DNA of 64,000 nt from Naegleria gruberi (Eukaryota). The stretch lies in assembly GCA_000004985.1 (NCBI GenBank), contig GG738870.1; one strand, given 5' to 3'. A model generated the notes under the pieces. That model was not told the origin of the DNA, did not search any database, and saw only the letters and a program-made list of their open reading frames with translations. Both the position numbers and the translations under genes were made by a program. Shown piece by piece: positions 1-11,973 of the stretch. Every line of letters begins with the position of its first letter. The stretch's first letter is position 1.

Positions 1-1351
1 CCAACTCAATAGGATGTCTTACTATGGGAAAAAAAGATTCATAATTGTGATATTGAGCAATCTCTTCCGTCAAGTCTATCTTGATTGCTACCTTGAATTT
101 GATCAATAAGTCATTAGTAAAGTGTAGAAATAGAGAAATTAATTGTCTCCCTTCATTTGCTAAATTATAAACATTGAGGAAGTGTAAATAGAAATTAAAG
201 TATTTGAAAATTGAATTGTACATGTTTTGTGGGTAATAATCCATGTGGGTATTCTTTGGAGTTTGGCTATTTGAAATGGAAATTCCCATATTCATGTACA
301 ATTCCAACGACTTTCTGAGATGGTTTCCAATTTTTTCTACAATTTCTGGTGAGGCCTTTCTGCCATGTACTCCAACAAGAAATTGGGCCATGTTGAAGTG
401 AGATTCTGCATTGAATGGAAATATTTCCTCAGTGCACATTGTTAATACCATCTCTGCATGTGAAAACTCAAACATCTTATACAATATCCAAACATAGAGT
501 AATACTGGTTGCATTCTAATAGATGAATTCGTACTTGATCCATTCAGTGATTCCAAAAATCCTTTTTTCTCCTTATTCATCATTAAATTAATACATTCTT
601 CACAATTATTGAGAGCTTCTACATAATCTTCGAGTAGAAAATAACACAAACTTTTCATATAATAAAGTAAATAATCTCTTCCAAATGAAGAAACATCATT
701 TCTCGTCAGCAAAGCTATTCCCTCTAAACATTGTATGTATTCTCCTTCCAGAAGATGTCTATAACTATTAATAACATATCCTCTATTGGTACCATCAAAA
801 TTGAAATTCAAAAATCTCAAATCATTAATAATTTGTTGTTTTGGTATTTCATCGTCTGATTTAACAATCATTGGAATTTTCAAATCAAATATTGAACGTT
901 GAAAAGCATTTCTTTCCTTTGCCAAATCGAGTGGCATTGGTAAATAGAGTCCATAATAATCAAACAGTAGAGAAAATGGACCAAATGACACTCTTTGATT
1001 GTTTCCAACATTAGATTCATTCACATTTTCCATTGAATTATTATCCTTCAAATTTTCCAAACACTCTTTCATCATCTCTTGTGTTGATTTTAATAATTTT
1101 CCAAATAATTTCGGATCAGTCTTTGCCTGTTCATCATAACTGCTGCTCATCACTGCTGGAAAATTAAATTGTCTTTTATAAAATTCCATCGATGAATCAA
1201 TAATTGATGTTGAATTATTCTGCTTCTTCATTTCGGGAATTAATTGATGAATAATTCTTTCCAATCTTTCTCTCTTCTTTTGAACATCTTGATTGCCATT
1301 GAAAATTAAAGGCTTCCTTGTAGATGGCGATGATTGTATTTGATCTTTCAT
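1..1351 (-). CDS. Hypothetical protein, 5' portion only (about 450 aa in window). ATG at 1351; the ORF runs off the window edge at position 1.
   Basis: Uninterrupted minus-strand reading frame from ATG (plus 'cat' 1349-1351) to position 1 with eukaryotic codon usage. Absent from the ORF track only because it has no stop in the window. No recognisable domain. Confidence 0.5.
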   Translation of the reverse strand, partial: MKDQIQSSPSTRKPLIFNGNQDVQKKRERLERIIHQLIPEMKKQNNSTSIIDSSMEFYKRQFNFPAVMSSSYDEQAKTDPKLFGKLLKSTQEMMKECLENLKDNNSMENVNESNVGNNQRVSFGPFSLLFDYYGLYLPMPLDLAKERNAFQRSIFDLKIPMIVKSDDEIPKQQIINDLRFLNFNFDGTNRGYVINSYRHLLEGEYIQCLEGIALLTRNDVSSFGRDYLLYYMKSLCYFLLEDYVEALNNCEECINLMMNKEKKGFLESLNGSSTNSSIRMQPVLLYVWILYKMFEFSHAEMVLTMCTEEIFPFNAESHFNMAQFLVGVHGRKASPEIVEKIGNHLRKSLELYMNMGISISNSQTPKNTHMDYYPQNMYNSIFKYFNFYLHFLNVYNLANEGRQLISLFLHFTNDLLIKFKVAIKIDLTEEIAQYHNYESFFPIVRHPIEL

Positions 1352-1404
1352 TTCATTTTTTTTAATAATAAAATAAATTTAATAAAAATAATTAAATTAG
1401 GAAT

Positions 1405-2425
1405 CTAGTCAATTGAAACATGCTTAGCAACAACTGGTTGGAGTAATGAAGCAACAGATGATGGGCAACAAAACATGATATAATCATTACCAGTTCTAGT
1501 TCCATCGAAGAAAACTGGTTGACCATTCTTTCTTAATAAACAACCACCAGATTCATCCAAAAGTGCAGTAGGAGCTGCAGAATCCCAATAACTACTCTTA
1601 CAACTGAAATTGAAATATAAATCTCCAACTCCACTTGCAAGTAAAGCAACTTTTCTTCCAAAACTTCCACATGGAACTCTTTGGTCAACACCCAATTCAT
1701 TCAAAATATTTTCAGTTGGCTTATCATAATTTGATTTGGAAATTAAACATTTAGCTTGCTTTACAGTTTCTGGTGTGAATTGATTCATTGAAATGGTTGA
1801 CTTTTCCTTCTTATCTTTAATAACATAAGCTCCATAACCCTTGACTGCAAAGTACATTTCATCTTGAGGAGCACAATAAACACATCCCATCACTGGTTTA
1901 CCATCCTTACATAATCCAATCATTACAGCCCATTCACCAGTATTTGCAATAAAATCTCTAGTTCCATCAATTGGGTCAACATAAAATACAAGACCTTCTG
2001 ATAAATCCTTTGTGGCATCTGTGTTTCTAGAACTCACACCTTCTTCACCAATAATTCTAATATCTGATGAATTTTCTGTTAAGAAATGCTTTTCCAATTC
2101 TCCAATTAAAAACAAATTGACCTTTTTATCAACAATAGTTACTAAAACGAAACTTTCAATTCCCAAGAACATGGAAAATAAACAAACCTGGTGAATCATC
2201 TTTTTTAATTTCAATATCCAAACTAGCACTATTCTTACGATCAATACAAAACTTATTAGCTAACAATCCGGCTTGATAGGCCATGATCAGACATTTTTCA
2301 AGTGTTTCATCATATTCCGATCCTAATCCAGATGCCAATTCCTTGACGATCTTTTCATAGATATCTCTTGATGGAATTTCCTCTGGAGTAAAGGCAACAA
2401 CTTCTTCCTCGTTTGATGATGGCAT
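1405..2425 (-). CDS. Inositol monophosphatase / 3'(2'),5'-bisphosphate nucleotidase family protein; 2 exons (2188..2425, 1405..2141) with a 46-nt intron 2142..2187
   Basis: Motifs 'YVDPIDGT' and 'WDSAAPTALLDESGG' are typical of the Li-sensitive phosphatase (FIG) superfamily. Two track ORFs (2156..2425 and 1405..2244) are joined in phase 1 by a gtttgt...ttttag intron, giving ...KKDDSP|VTIVDKK. Confidence 0.7.
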
Positions 2426-2503
2426 TTTTTTTGTTATTTATTATAATTTAATAAGTTTTAATTATTGAATTTGAATCTTCATATCTGACCATTCTTAATT
2501 TAC

Positions 2504-4084
2504 TTAAATGATATTATCGGAGGGAGGGAAAAGTCCAGTAATGAAAACTTCTAATCTATTTGAAACCAATGATTGATACTGAATTTCACTCAATCTCCTC
2601 ATTGTTCCAGCCATTTTAGGAAAGATGGATCTACATTCATTAGCTAGCTTTCTGTTATTTGAGAAGAGAGGGCGGCCATTGTAGTTTCTGTGTGAAAAGC
2701 AAGCTGTTAGTAAATAATAAATATTGTACAATAGATGAATGCAATCATAGCAACCAACATCTGAAAAATGTTCAAATTGACTAAGTTTCTCCTGTGCGAA
2801 TTGGATAGTTTTTAAAATTAGTTCAGCCTCAATCTTTTCATTGGAATTATGTACAATTTGAGAAACATTCATTGGATTGTCAATGACTCTAGTGAGGATG
2901 GGTAAGAGTAATCTCTTGAATAGCTTATTTACAAGTAGTGAGTGATGAGTCCACGACAAGGTTGATACAAATTGTGAGAATGTTGGTGTCAAGACTGAGG
3001 TGATGATTGTTGAAATACTGCTTGTGTCAAAATCATCATATTTGAATATTTGACAAAGTGTAGCAATTACTTTTTCTTGTGTTGGAAATTCTCTTTCCAT
3101 TCTTTCTAATAAATTATGGATTAGTGGTAATATTTTCCCAAAGCTTAAAGGATCTACAATATTCATGTTGTATTCAGTCTTGAAGGAAAGTACTTTGATT
3201 GAAAAGTAGGTACGTAATAGAAATACAGTTGCTTCGAATAGCTCTTCCTCTGTTAAATCATCAATTTTAGATGAAATAAAATCCAAACATTTCTCCATAT
3301 TGAAAGCAATAGATGTTATTACATGTTGAGGCAGATTATAATATTGAAATTGCTCAACCCTACCCTCAAAATTGTAAGAGATTGCAAATTTTTGGAGTAA
3401 ATGCTTCATAGATGGAATGTTATCGATTTTTGATTCATTCAATGTCTTAATATCCTCCTTCGATAGATTGTTAGATGTTAAGAGATCTATATCTACGAGA
3501 AAATATTTTGTAATGTCCTTTTCCAAACAATCCTTCCTCATTTTCTCACAATGATCTCCATAACTAATTGTATTTTCTGAAAGATTCAAATCATCTATTA
3601 ATTCAGATCCAAAATATTTTGACATGATTTCTTTCTTTTCGTCTTTAGTAAGAACCGTTTTTGATTTTTTATCCAGCTCCTCAATTTGTCTATCTAGCTC
3701 AGCATGGAGCTTCATAATTCGTTTGTTTTCATCAAAATCCCTTACACTATCCATTATTTCTTTCAATCCTCTTTCAAAATAATCATCATTCACAATAACA
3801 GATTCATCCCACCTTTGCTGATGTGATGATGGTTTAATTGGGCTCAAGGAAAGAGGATCATAAAATAACAAATCATCACTTGCAATACTTAAATGACTAA
3901 TGGATTTTTTGTCAATCTTTTTCTTAAAACAAGACAGACTCATGGAAGATCCTAATTTCTCTCTCATCAAAGCTGGTTTCCGATTGACAGTGTCTCGTAA
4001 GCAAGCAAAATGCCGATGAGAAAGCGGTTGCAATGAATTTGTATTTGAAGTGGTGGTGAGTGAATTATTTTTGTGTGGCGTCAT
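2504..4084 (-). CDS. Hypothetical protein, 526 aa, single exon
   Basis: Long ORF with ATG at 4084 and AT-rich flanks; no recognisable domain. Confidence 0.55.
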   Translation of the reverse strand: MTPHKNNSLTTTSNTNSLQPLSHRHFACLRDTVNRKPALMREKLGSSMSLSCFKKKIDKKSISHLSIASDDLLFYDPLSLSPIKPSSHQQRWDESVIVNDDYFERGLKEIMDSVRDFDENKRIMKLHAELDRQIEELDKKSKTVLTKDEKKEIMSKYFGSELIDDLNLSENTISYGDHCEKMRKDCLEKDITKYFLVDIDLLTSNNLSKEDIKTLNESKIDNIPSMKHLLQKFAISYNFEGRVEQFQYYNLPQHVITSIAFNMEKCLDFISSKIDDLTEEELFEATVFLLRTYFSIKVLSFKTEYNMNIVDPLSFGKILPLIHNLLERMEREFPTQEKVIATLCQIFKYDDFDTSSISTIITSVLTPTFSQFVSTLSWTHHSLLVNKLFKRLLLPILTRVIDNPMNVSQIVHNSNEKIEAELILKTIQFAQEKLSQFEHFSDVGCYDCIHLLYNIYYLLTACFSHRNYNGRPLFSNNRKLANECRSIFPKMAGTMRRLSEIQYQSLVSNRLEVFITGLFPPSDNII

Positions 4085-4922
4085 TTTTTTTAGTTTTTGT
4101 TGTTTTGGTGGAATCGAGTAGACACTGGAACAACAATAAATTATTGTTCTGTTGAATCATTTCAAAATTCAATTCCAATGCTTGTTTTTTTCAGATACTG
4201 ATGGTTCATTGTGTGGTCATGCTTCAAATGCTTTGTGAGTATTATCTCATTCAAGCCTTTCAAAGATGAAACACAAGAAGACACCTTCTAGATGATCTTC
4301 AAATCAACACAACATTAATTACTTCCACAATATTATCCCATTGCATTAAAATTAATATTATTATTGGAAAGATATTATATTCTATTTTATTGGCCCTTTC
4401 TGTTTGTTCCAGTATTAATATGCTTACATGAATTGCCTCTTAATTGGTCTACAATAGCACTAAGAAAGAAATTCAAAATTCTTAGAGGAGTTCTTTTCAG
4501 TTTTACAATATCTCTGGCTGTTATCATATTTGGAATTTGTGTGGTAATGTTAGTGTGACTGAAAGATATGGAAATGCTACCACCACAGGTTATTTGACAT
4601 TAATTTCAATCATTTGATAACTTACCCTCTGAACACTCCCAAAAAAAACATCTGTATTTTGACAGAACTCGAATTCTTAGGTGAATGAACCAAAACTTTT
4701 GTTCTTTTACATTTTCAATAAAACGCTAGAAAATCAAACAAGTGCTATCATCAACTATCAATGTGCAAAAATATTGGTAAAAAAAGCGAACACATCATCT
4801 TCTGTAGTTTCGCCGATTGTTGTTGTTCATTCATTTGGAAAACATAATATTTTGATCAACAAGTTTTATTGATCAAAGAGTTTAATTTATTCAATTTATC
4901 CATACAATTATTGTACAAAAAG

Positions 4923-7900
4923 ATGCCTCCAAGAAGAACAAGATCATCAGGTAAAAAGCGATCCACTAAATATGTAGATTATTCATCGACTGATGCTGAG
5001 GAAGATCTTGATGAATATGTTACATCTGATGAGGAAGAAAAACCAAAAGTAAAGGCACCATCACGTGTTCCTAAAAAGAAATTAAAAAAGACAACAGAGG
5101 AACGTATTAAAGAAGTAGTCGGAGATTCACAAAATGTTGAAGAGGAAAAAATGATGAAATGGTTGATGAAGGTGAATCTGCCAATATCAATACTAAACGT
5201 TTATTGGATGCCAGAAGTAAAAAAGCTAAAAGAATGGATTGGGTAAGTTGTTATCTGTGAGTGACGAAGAATTAATATCTTTTGATTGATTTCTGATAGG
5301 AACAAGGATTTTTCTATTTGCCAAAATTTGATTGTTATTTACCAAGACATATTCTACACATGATACTTGAATATGTACCTCCATTCCCATACTTTTTAAA
5401 TATTAGAAGTATTTCGCAACAATGGTTGGACGATTTTGATACTGTTATTTGTCAAAATGTAAAAGAACTTGACTTGGTTCAAAGAAATGATATTGATTAT
5501 GAATTAGTGAGATACAAGTTTCCGTGGTATGATTCAAATTGTACCACTAGAAGAAACAATGACTGTATTAGATTCTTAGCAATTTTATTTCCTAACATTG
5601 AAAAGTTAATTGTTCCTGCTATTGGTGCCACTGTTCGTGTTCCTAATAATATCTTGAAACTTTTCCACAAGTTACAAACTATGGAGATATTTTATGTTTC
5701 CCCACTTACTTTGGATGTTAGCTATAATCCTGCTGAAATTCCTCTCACTTATAGACAAGATATTACAAATATTCAAAACATTACTTATAATAGATATTTG
5801 ACGCAATTTACTTCATCCCTTGTCATGGTAAAAGATGACAACTCATCTCTTATTACATTATCAAATTCACTTATTCCTGAGAATGTAATTTCTTTATTTA
5901 AGTATCTTGTAAAGGAGCAACACTTCTCTCTCAAGAGATTGAATGTTCTATCATTGCCAGAAAATCTGTATAGCAAGGCATTGATTGACTTTATTTTAGA
6001 AGAAAATGTAAAGCATGTAGAAAGAGGATATGGCTCTCCAGAGCTTACCACAGGTTCAAATAGTATTTATATTACCAATGAAGAAATTGCTGATTACATG
6101 TATGAAAAGCAATTTTTCAAAACTCTAATCTCTCCAACAGATATTACATCATACGATTGGGATTTTATTTCTCAAATCTTATCTGGTGTATCCAATCTCC
6201 AAGTATTTAAAATGTTATTTGAACAGGCTAATTTTCCACTAGTTTTTGATGCAGAAATCAACCCATTATTATGGTTAATTCAGAACAATGTATCCAGACA
6301 ATTACCACAAATTATTGAATTCTTATGTACTCGTAATCCATCACTTGTCACATTAGGTAATTCTAAAGGATTTTTGAATGGAGATGAAAAAAATGTAAAT
6401 ATTTTACATTTATACATCACATGTAGTAATGAATACGAAATTAATGAGGATGTAATTGCAACCTTAATCAAGATTGGTTGTGATATCAAGTTTGTTTGTC
6501 CAACAACAGGTAACAATCTCATTCATATTCATCCATGCTCTCCATGTATGTTTATTTTTAATTATTTGACTATTCTAACTCTTAATAGCTCTTATTGATG
6601 CATTACCAGTAGACTTTATTCAAATGAAAAATAATAAGGGTTTTAACCCTTTAGAACGTTTAATCAAAAGAATTGAAATTGAAAATAATATCAGGAATAA
6701 TGATATTTTTTCTGCAATTGATGCATTTGGTAAAGTTTACACAAAATTTGGTTTACCAATCAATGATTTGAAATTTGATAAGAATCAAAACTTACTTCAC
6801 AAATTTATTATCATATCAAAAAATACTGGTATTGTTAACAAATTGATTACTCACGGAGTTGACGCTAATGCTATTGATGAAAGTGGAAATATTCCACTAT
6901 TCTACTATTTAGAAAATGGTTGGCGATCAGATATAGATTTTACAGCAATTATGAATGCAATTTCAGAAGAAACATTGACTAAACAGTTTAACAACAAATC
7001 TTTACTGACCAATGTAATAGAGAGATTCCAACCAGACGAAGCGAATAATTCATTTTACTATTTTGGTAGCTCTTCCTCCAGTAATATTTCAACTCTCGAT
7101 TTGATAGAAAGTCTTCTCTCTAGAGGATGTAATCTAAATGAAGCTCTTTCAGAATTATCTGGAACATATTATGAAAAGGATAATCTTGAACTCAACAGAC
7201 CTATATTTTTGATGCAACTTCTACACTCCATTAGCTCTTCAACCTTGGAAACATTAAGAAAAATCTTTAAACGTTTTGATGATTTTGAAGATATTCTTAT
7301 CAAGCCATGCACTGTGAAAGGTACCCTCATCTCACCACTTTTGTATTTATTATCAATGTGGAAAAACTTTAGATCCAATAGACAAACTGAACTTCATCAA
7401 ACTTTCCACTCTGATGACCCCCTCATTCCTGCAAAATTACTAGAAAACATTATTGACATTCCAAACAAGAAAATCGATGCACTCTTTTACACAATCATAT
7501 CTAGTTCATCTGCTGTAAATTGGCAATATCTTGAAGGTATTTTGGGCGTAACAATTGATACCACATCAGGAGCTTGGTGGTATAGACCAACAAAATTTAC
7601 AGATATTGCAACAAACCTTGCATCCTACAGATATGAAGATGAAGTTTTTGGCAATATTAATGTTGTCCAACTCGCAACAATTATGGGAGCAGACCATTTT
7701 CTCAGACAAATTGAGCAAGTTTTCTCTCAAGCCAACTCTATCCATGTATTAGATACTCTCACCAACGAGCCATTCAAAAATGGTACATCAGTTTTAGATG
7801 AACTAGCAAAGAGAGGACTATTTACTGTTGGAAATATCTTTGTGCGCAAGACTAAAAGTCAATCCAATCCAATAGAATGGACAACGAAACATTTCAGATT

Positions 7901-8984
7901 AGCATTCGAATCAAATAATTTTGAATTCTGTTATCAAACTATTGCCAACTCATTAGATTACATGAATGACTTTACAAAGGAAGAGATTTTACAAATACTC
8001 ATTGGATGTATTGTAGAAGGAAAAAATAGATACATGGAGGATAAGACTTCTCAATTAAGCATTGCCGATTTAATAGCAAACCACTTTAATGGTTTGACTC
8101 CTGAAGAGAGGTTTAAGATGTTTAGTACACGTTTCCAAATTACTGTAAACAAAGAGAGAAAAGATGAAACCCCAGCTTATCAACATTACAGTAATAATTG
8201 GGAAAGCATTTTAGGATCAGCCCTATTTGAAGCCAAGACTGCTTGGTCCAAGACACAAGCCCTCAATTCACCAGAGCCAAAGGAATACTATCTCAGTCTC
8301 TTTGATATATGTTATTTGAAAGGTTTAATTTATCTCTTTTTATATCTTGCACTTGAGGATACAACTGGTAGAAAGAAGAAGAATATTCTTGTACATTCAG
8401 AGCTGAGTCAAGACATTTTAATTTCTTGGCTGACTACTAAGTGTGAAGCTACAGGGAAAACTTGCCTCCACATTATTTGTGAAGATTCTACTCATAATTA
8501 CTATTCTGATAATTATTCATGCAAATGTGATATGATTAATGATTTGGTCAAATATCTTTCCTCAATTGATAGAGAAGATGTGTTTAATATTCAAGATAAT
8601 GAAGGTAGAACTGCAGCCTTTTATGCACTAGAATCAGGAAACTGTGTTGAAACCTTTTTCAAGGCAACAGACCTTTCCATTAAGAATAATAATGGTGAAA
8701 CTGTTAAAGATCTCCTAGATGATCAAGAAAAGGTAACCTATGCCAGATTCTTTGAGGTAAAAGAAGAGAAGAAAGAAAAACCAAAACCAAAGAAACCAGC
8801 CCCAAGAAAAAAGAAAAAGAAATCCAGTGAAGAGGAAGAGGAAGAAGAAGAAAAACCAAAGAGAAGAAGCACCAGAAGAAAAAAGAAGCAAGAAAGCAGT
8901 GATGAAGAGGCTGAAATGGATGATAGCGATGACGATTACGAAGATAAACCAAGAAAGAAGAGAGCAACCAGAAAGAGAAAATAA
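4923..8984 (+). CDS. Ankyrin-repeat protein with K/E/S-rich acidic C-terminal tail; 3 exons (4923..5242, 5300..6545, 6589..8984). An apparent 1-nt frameshift lies in an A6 run near 5145-5150.
   Basis: ATG 4923. The GTAAGT donor at 5243 and acceptor at 5299 join only the third frame of exon 1 (..NDEMVDEGESANINTKRLLDARSKKAKRMDW) to exon 2; that frame is reached from the N-terminal frame by one extra A in the 'gaggaaaaaatg' homopolymer. Intron 2 (6546..6588, gtatgt..aatag) joins in phase 1. Ankyrin-like repeats appear around ...GNNLIHIHPCSP|SLIDALPVDF...LLHKFIIISKNTGIVNKLITHGVDANAIDESGNIPLFYY. Confidence 0.6.
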
Positions 8985-9006
8985 ATATACTGTTATTATT
9001 ATCTTT

Positions 9007-10053
9007 CTAAGATGCACTTAACTTTCTGTAAACTATGGAAGGGCCAAAATCTGAGAAATCCTTATGCGAAATCCATTTTTGGTGGAATGTCGATAATGAA
9101 GTTAATATTGATCCTCCAATCCATACACTCTTTTCACGATCAGGTGGTGTTATCACTCTACTTTTAAGTGTTGGAGCTGCAATTGCCCATTTTTCTTTCA
9201 TTTGTTCTTGCAATTTTGCATCAAATCCTGCCATTAGTGAGCTTCCTCCACCCAGAACAGTGTTGTTAACAAACAAATATCTTTGGTCAATCTCAGCACT
9301 GAGAGCAGATTTTAGTATCATATCAGGTATAGATAATTCATCTCCACAAATAGGGCTTGGATCAAACAATAAATTAGCTGCCCTAACAGATTCATCACCA
9401 ATTTCGACTGTTCCACCACCAGGTAAATCATAAATCTTATCACTGGAATCTCCCTTACAATTACACAATTTTTCCTTAATATTATTTACAATTTTCTTAT
9501 TGAAATTCAACTTTCCACTCTCTTTCAATAACTTCATAAGATAGAGTGTGATATCACTTCCTCCAAAATCACTTCTATACAATCCTCTTGTCATCAAATA
9601 ACCCTCATTAATTGGCAAAGCATGACAAGTACCATCTCCGCACATAATAGACAAAGCACTTCCTCTCCCAGATGCATAAATGTTCAATAAACCTTCCCAA
9701 ACAAATTGTGTATAGGGAACTTGAAACGATTCAAATAGAACCTCCACCATTCTTTCTCTATTCGATTTTGGATTTAATATGGTTTCAGTCAGTAAAACAG
9801 CAGAATCTGATGGATTACAACTAACAGCTTGATAAGCATGATTCCAAACTGTTTCCATTCGTTCCCAATCTAAAACAATTCCTCTCTCCATCGGACTCAC
9901 ATAATTATCATCATTGCCATGATCAGAACCCACAACTACTTGATGATCATCAAGTGAAACAATGGATCTACATTTGTATTCACAATCATCTTCTCCCGAT
10001 CGCCCAATCCTGCAATAATAACCTCCATTATCTATCACATATGAATTTTCCAT
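9007..10053 (-). CDS. Divergent actin-related protein (Arp/actin fold), 348 aa
   Basis: Actin-family signatures: N-terminal 'VIDNGGYYCRIG', 'MCGDGT', 'LPGGGT', and C-terminal 'SVWIGGSILTSLSTFHQKWISHKDF' (compare actin WIGGSILASLSTFQQMWI). Confidence 0.65.
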   Translation of the reverse strand: MENSYVIDNGGYYCRIGRSGEDDCEYKCRSIVSLDDHQVVVGSDHGNDDNYVSPMERGIVLDWERMETVWNHAYQAVSCNPSDSAVLLTETILNPKSNRERMVEVLFESFQVPYTQFVWEGLLNIYASGRGSALSIMCGDGTCHALPINEGYLMTRGLYRSDFGGSDITLYLMKLLKESGKLNFNKKIVNNIKEKLCNCKGDSSDKIYDLPGGGTVEIGDESVRAANLLFDPSPICGDELSIPDMILKSALSAEIDQRYLFVNNTVLGGGSSLMAGFDAKLQEQMKEKWAIAAPTLKSRVITPPDREKSVWIGGSILTSLSTFHQKWISHKDFSDFGPSIVYRKLSAS

Positions 10054-10266
10054 TTTTTTATTTTCTTTCTTTTAATGTTATCCGGTGATGTGTTCGATAG
10101 TTCGATAATCTACATCAATTTAGAACATTAAGTTGTCTATTTTGAGGCAACAACATCAAAGCTTCCGGTTCTTTCTTCATCTTTAGGCAGATTTTAATGT
10201 CAAAGTATTTTTTAAAGTTTAGATTTTACGAGTTCGAGTTGGCATTAGAATTTTAATTCAAAAAAA

Positions 10267-11786
10267 ATGTCGCAACTCAAAACTCCTATGAAAAGCCATG
10301 AAAAATATGTGATTATTCATCTTGATTTGGATTGTTTTTATGCTCAAGTTGAGGAGGTTGAAAATCCAAAATATAGAGATCTTCCTCTTGGTATTCAACA
10401 AAATCAAACAATTTCAACAGTCAACTATTGTGGTAGAATCAAGTATAAAATACCTAAAATGACGAGAGTAAAGCAAGCCCTTGAAATGTGTCCAGAATTG
10501 ATTGTAATACCAGCAAGAATGGAAATTTACAGAGAAGAAAGTAGAAAGATCTTTGATGAATGTATTGGAGAGTGTGTTAATTCATTTCATGGAGATTGTG
10601 TATTGGAAGTTTGTGGAATTGATGAAGCTTATATCAATGTGACTGATGAAGTAAATTGGAGATTGGAAAATGCCACAGAGCTTGGAATTGATGTGAAAGA
10701 TCATAGAGGCAGAAAAGTATCCAAATCAGTCAATTCACAGGATAATCATCTTAATATTGGATCTCAAATTGCAGAGGAAATTAGATGTAATGTATTCAAT
10801 AGCTTGGGTTATACAATCAGTGCTGGAATAGCCCATTCAAAATTTCTCTCCAAACTTGCCTCTAAAAAACAAAAACCAAATGGACAAGCATTAATCTATT
10901 CAGAATCATTTGATGAAGAAATTAACTCTCAAGATGTTTCCATAATTCCCAATGTTGGATATACCACAAAACAAAAATTAGCTGAATTATGCCAAATAAG
11001 TACAGTCAAGCAATTACGAGCACAGACCTATGTGAATATTATCAAATGTTTCAATTCGGATAAGGCTGCAATCAAGGTATTGAACATTGCCAATGGAAAG
11101 TTTGATGAAGAATATGATAGAGTTGTTTCCAAAGGTCCTCCAAAATCTATTGGTTCTGAATTAACGTATGTAGAATTATATTATTATTATTTAACCTCCT
11201 AATCCATCATCTACTCTTAATCTCAAGATTTCTTACCATCCAAACTTATGAGGATTTTGAACAAAAGCTTCGGACCATCACTGGAGACTTGTTTACTCGT
11301 ATTCAAAGAGATTTGAAGAGGAATAGTAATCGATATGCAACCAAACTCACACTTCGTTATTGTCATGGAAGTTACAGAGATCCATATCATTCAGTCAGTT
11401 GCAAAATTACTTCCAACATTTATAATAATTTGAATAATTATGAGGAGAAGGATGAATCCAACATTCATAGTTTGGTCATCAAGATGTTCAAGCAAAAAGT
11501 TTCCCTTCCGTTCAAACTTCAAAGGATGGGAGTGAGTGTTTCTGACTTTGTTGAACCACCAAAATTTGCCACTCCGAAAACATCTACTATTGGTACAAGT
11601 AAAATTGTCAATGAAGAAGAGAAGAGAGAAGGAAATTTGTTGTCCTCATTTTCCCAACAGAGCAGCAACACGAATAAGAAGAGGAAAGCAGACTCTGTAA
11701 GCAATGGAAGTCAGGGAAGGCAAACAAGTATTACTAGTTTTCTAAAAAACAAAGGGGCCTCTCCAATAAAGAAGACAAAACAATAG
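10267..11786 (+). CDS. Y-family DNA polymerase, Pol iota-like; 2 exons (10267..11165, 11228..11786) with a 62-nt intron
   Basis: N-terminal 'IIHLDLDCFYAQVEEVENPKYRDLPLGIQQ...' matches the Pol iota/eta catalytic motif (human POLI: VHVDLDCFYAQVEMISNPELKDKPLGVQQ). 'IGSQIAEEIR...GYTISAGIAHSKFLSKLASKKQKPNGQ' matches the POLI thumb region. The intron is gtatgt..ctcaag in phase 2, giving ..PPKSIGSELT|FLTIQTYEDFEQKLRTITGDLFTRIQRDLKRN, colinear with human POLI. Confidence 0.7.
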
Positions 11787-11973
11787 TTGTTTTACATTGA
11801 AAGAAATATTGTTGTTACCGTGTGATTTATCCCTTGGCAGCATTTTCTTTAAGACAGCATTGGAGAGGAAGCCTTCAAAGCAAAAATACCCTGCAAAATT
11901 TTCTATTGTAAAATAATATTGACGTACTCAACTCGAATTGCTGAAAAAATTTGTTGAAAAAAAATACATTAAA

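Noticed and set aside
4364-4872. Two short ORFs (64 and 63 aa) in the 0.8-kb spacer upstream of the ankyrin gene, and a possible C/D-box-like snoRNA motif (tgatgg...ctga)
   Set aside because: The ORFs use TTG starts and have hydrophobic junk-like composition. The box motifs are too degenerate to call without a guide-sequence match.
8704-9021. Three overlapping ORFs (poly-F/L-rich and K/R-rich) at the 3' end of the ankyrin gene
   Set aside because: They are alternative or antisense frames of the GAA/GAG/AAG-rich acidic tail coding region; compositional artefacts.
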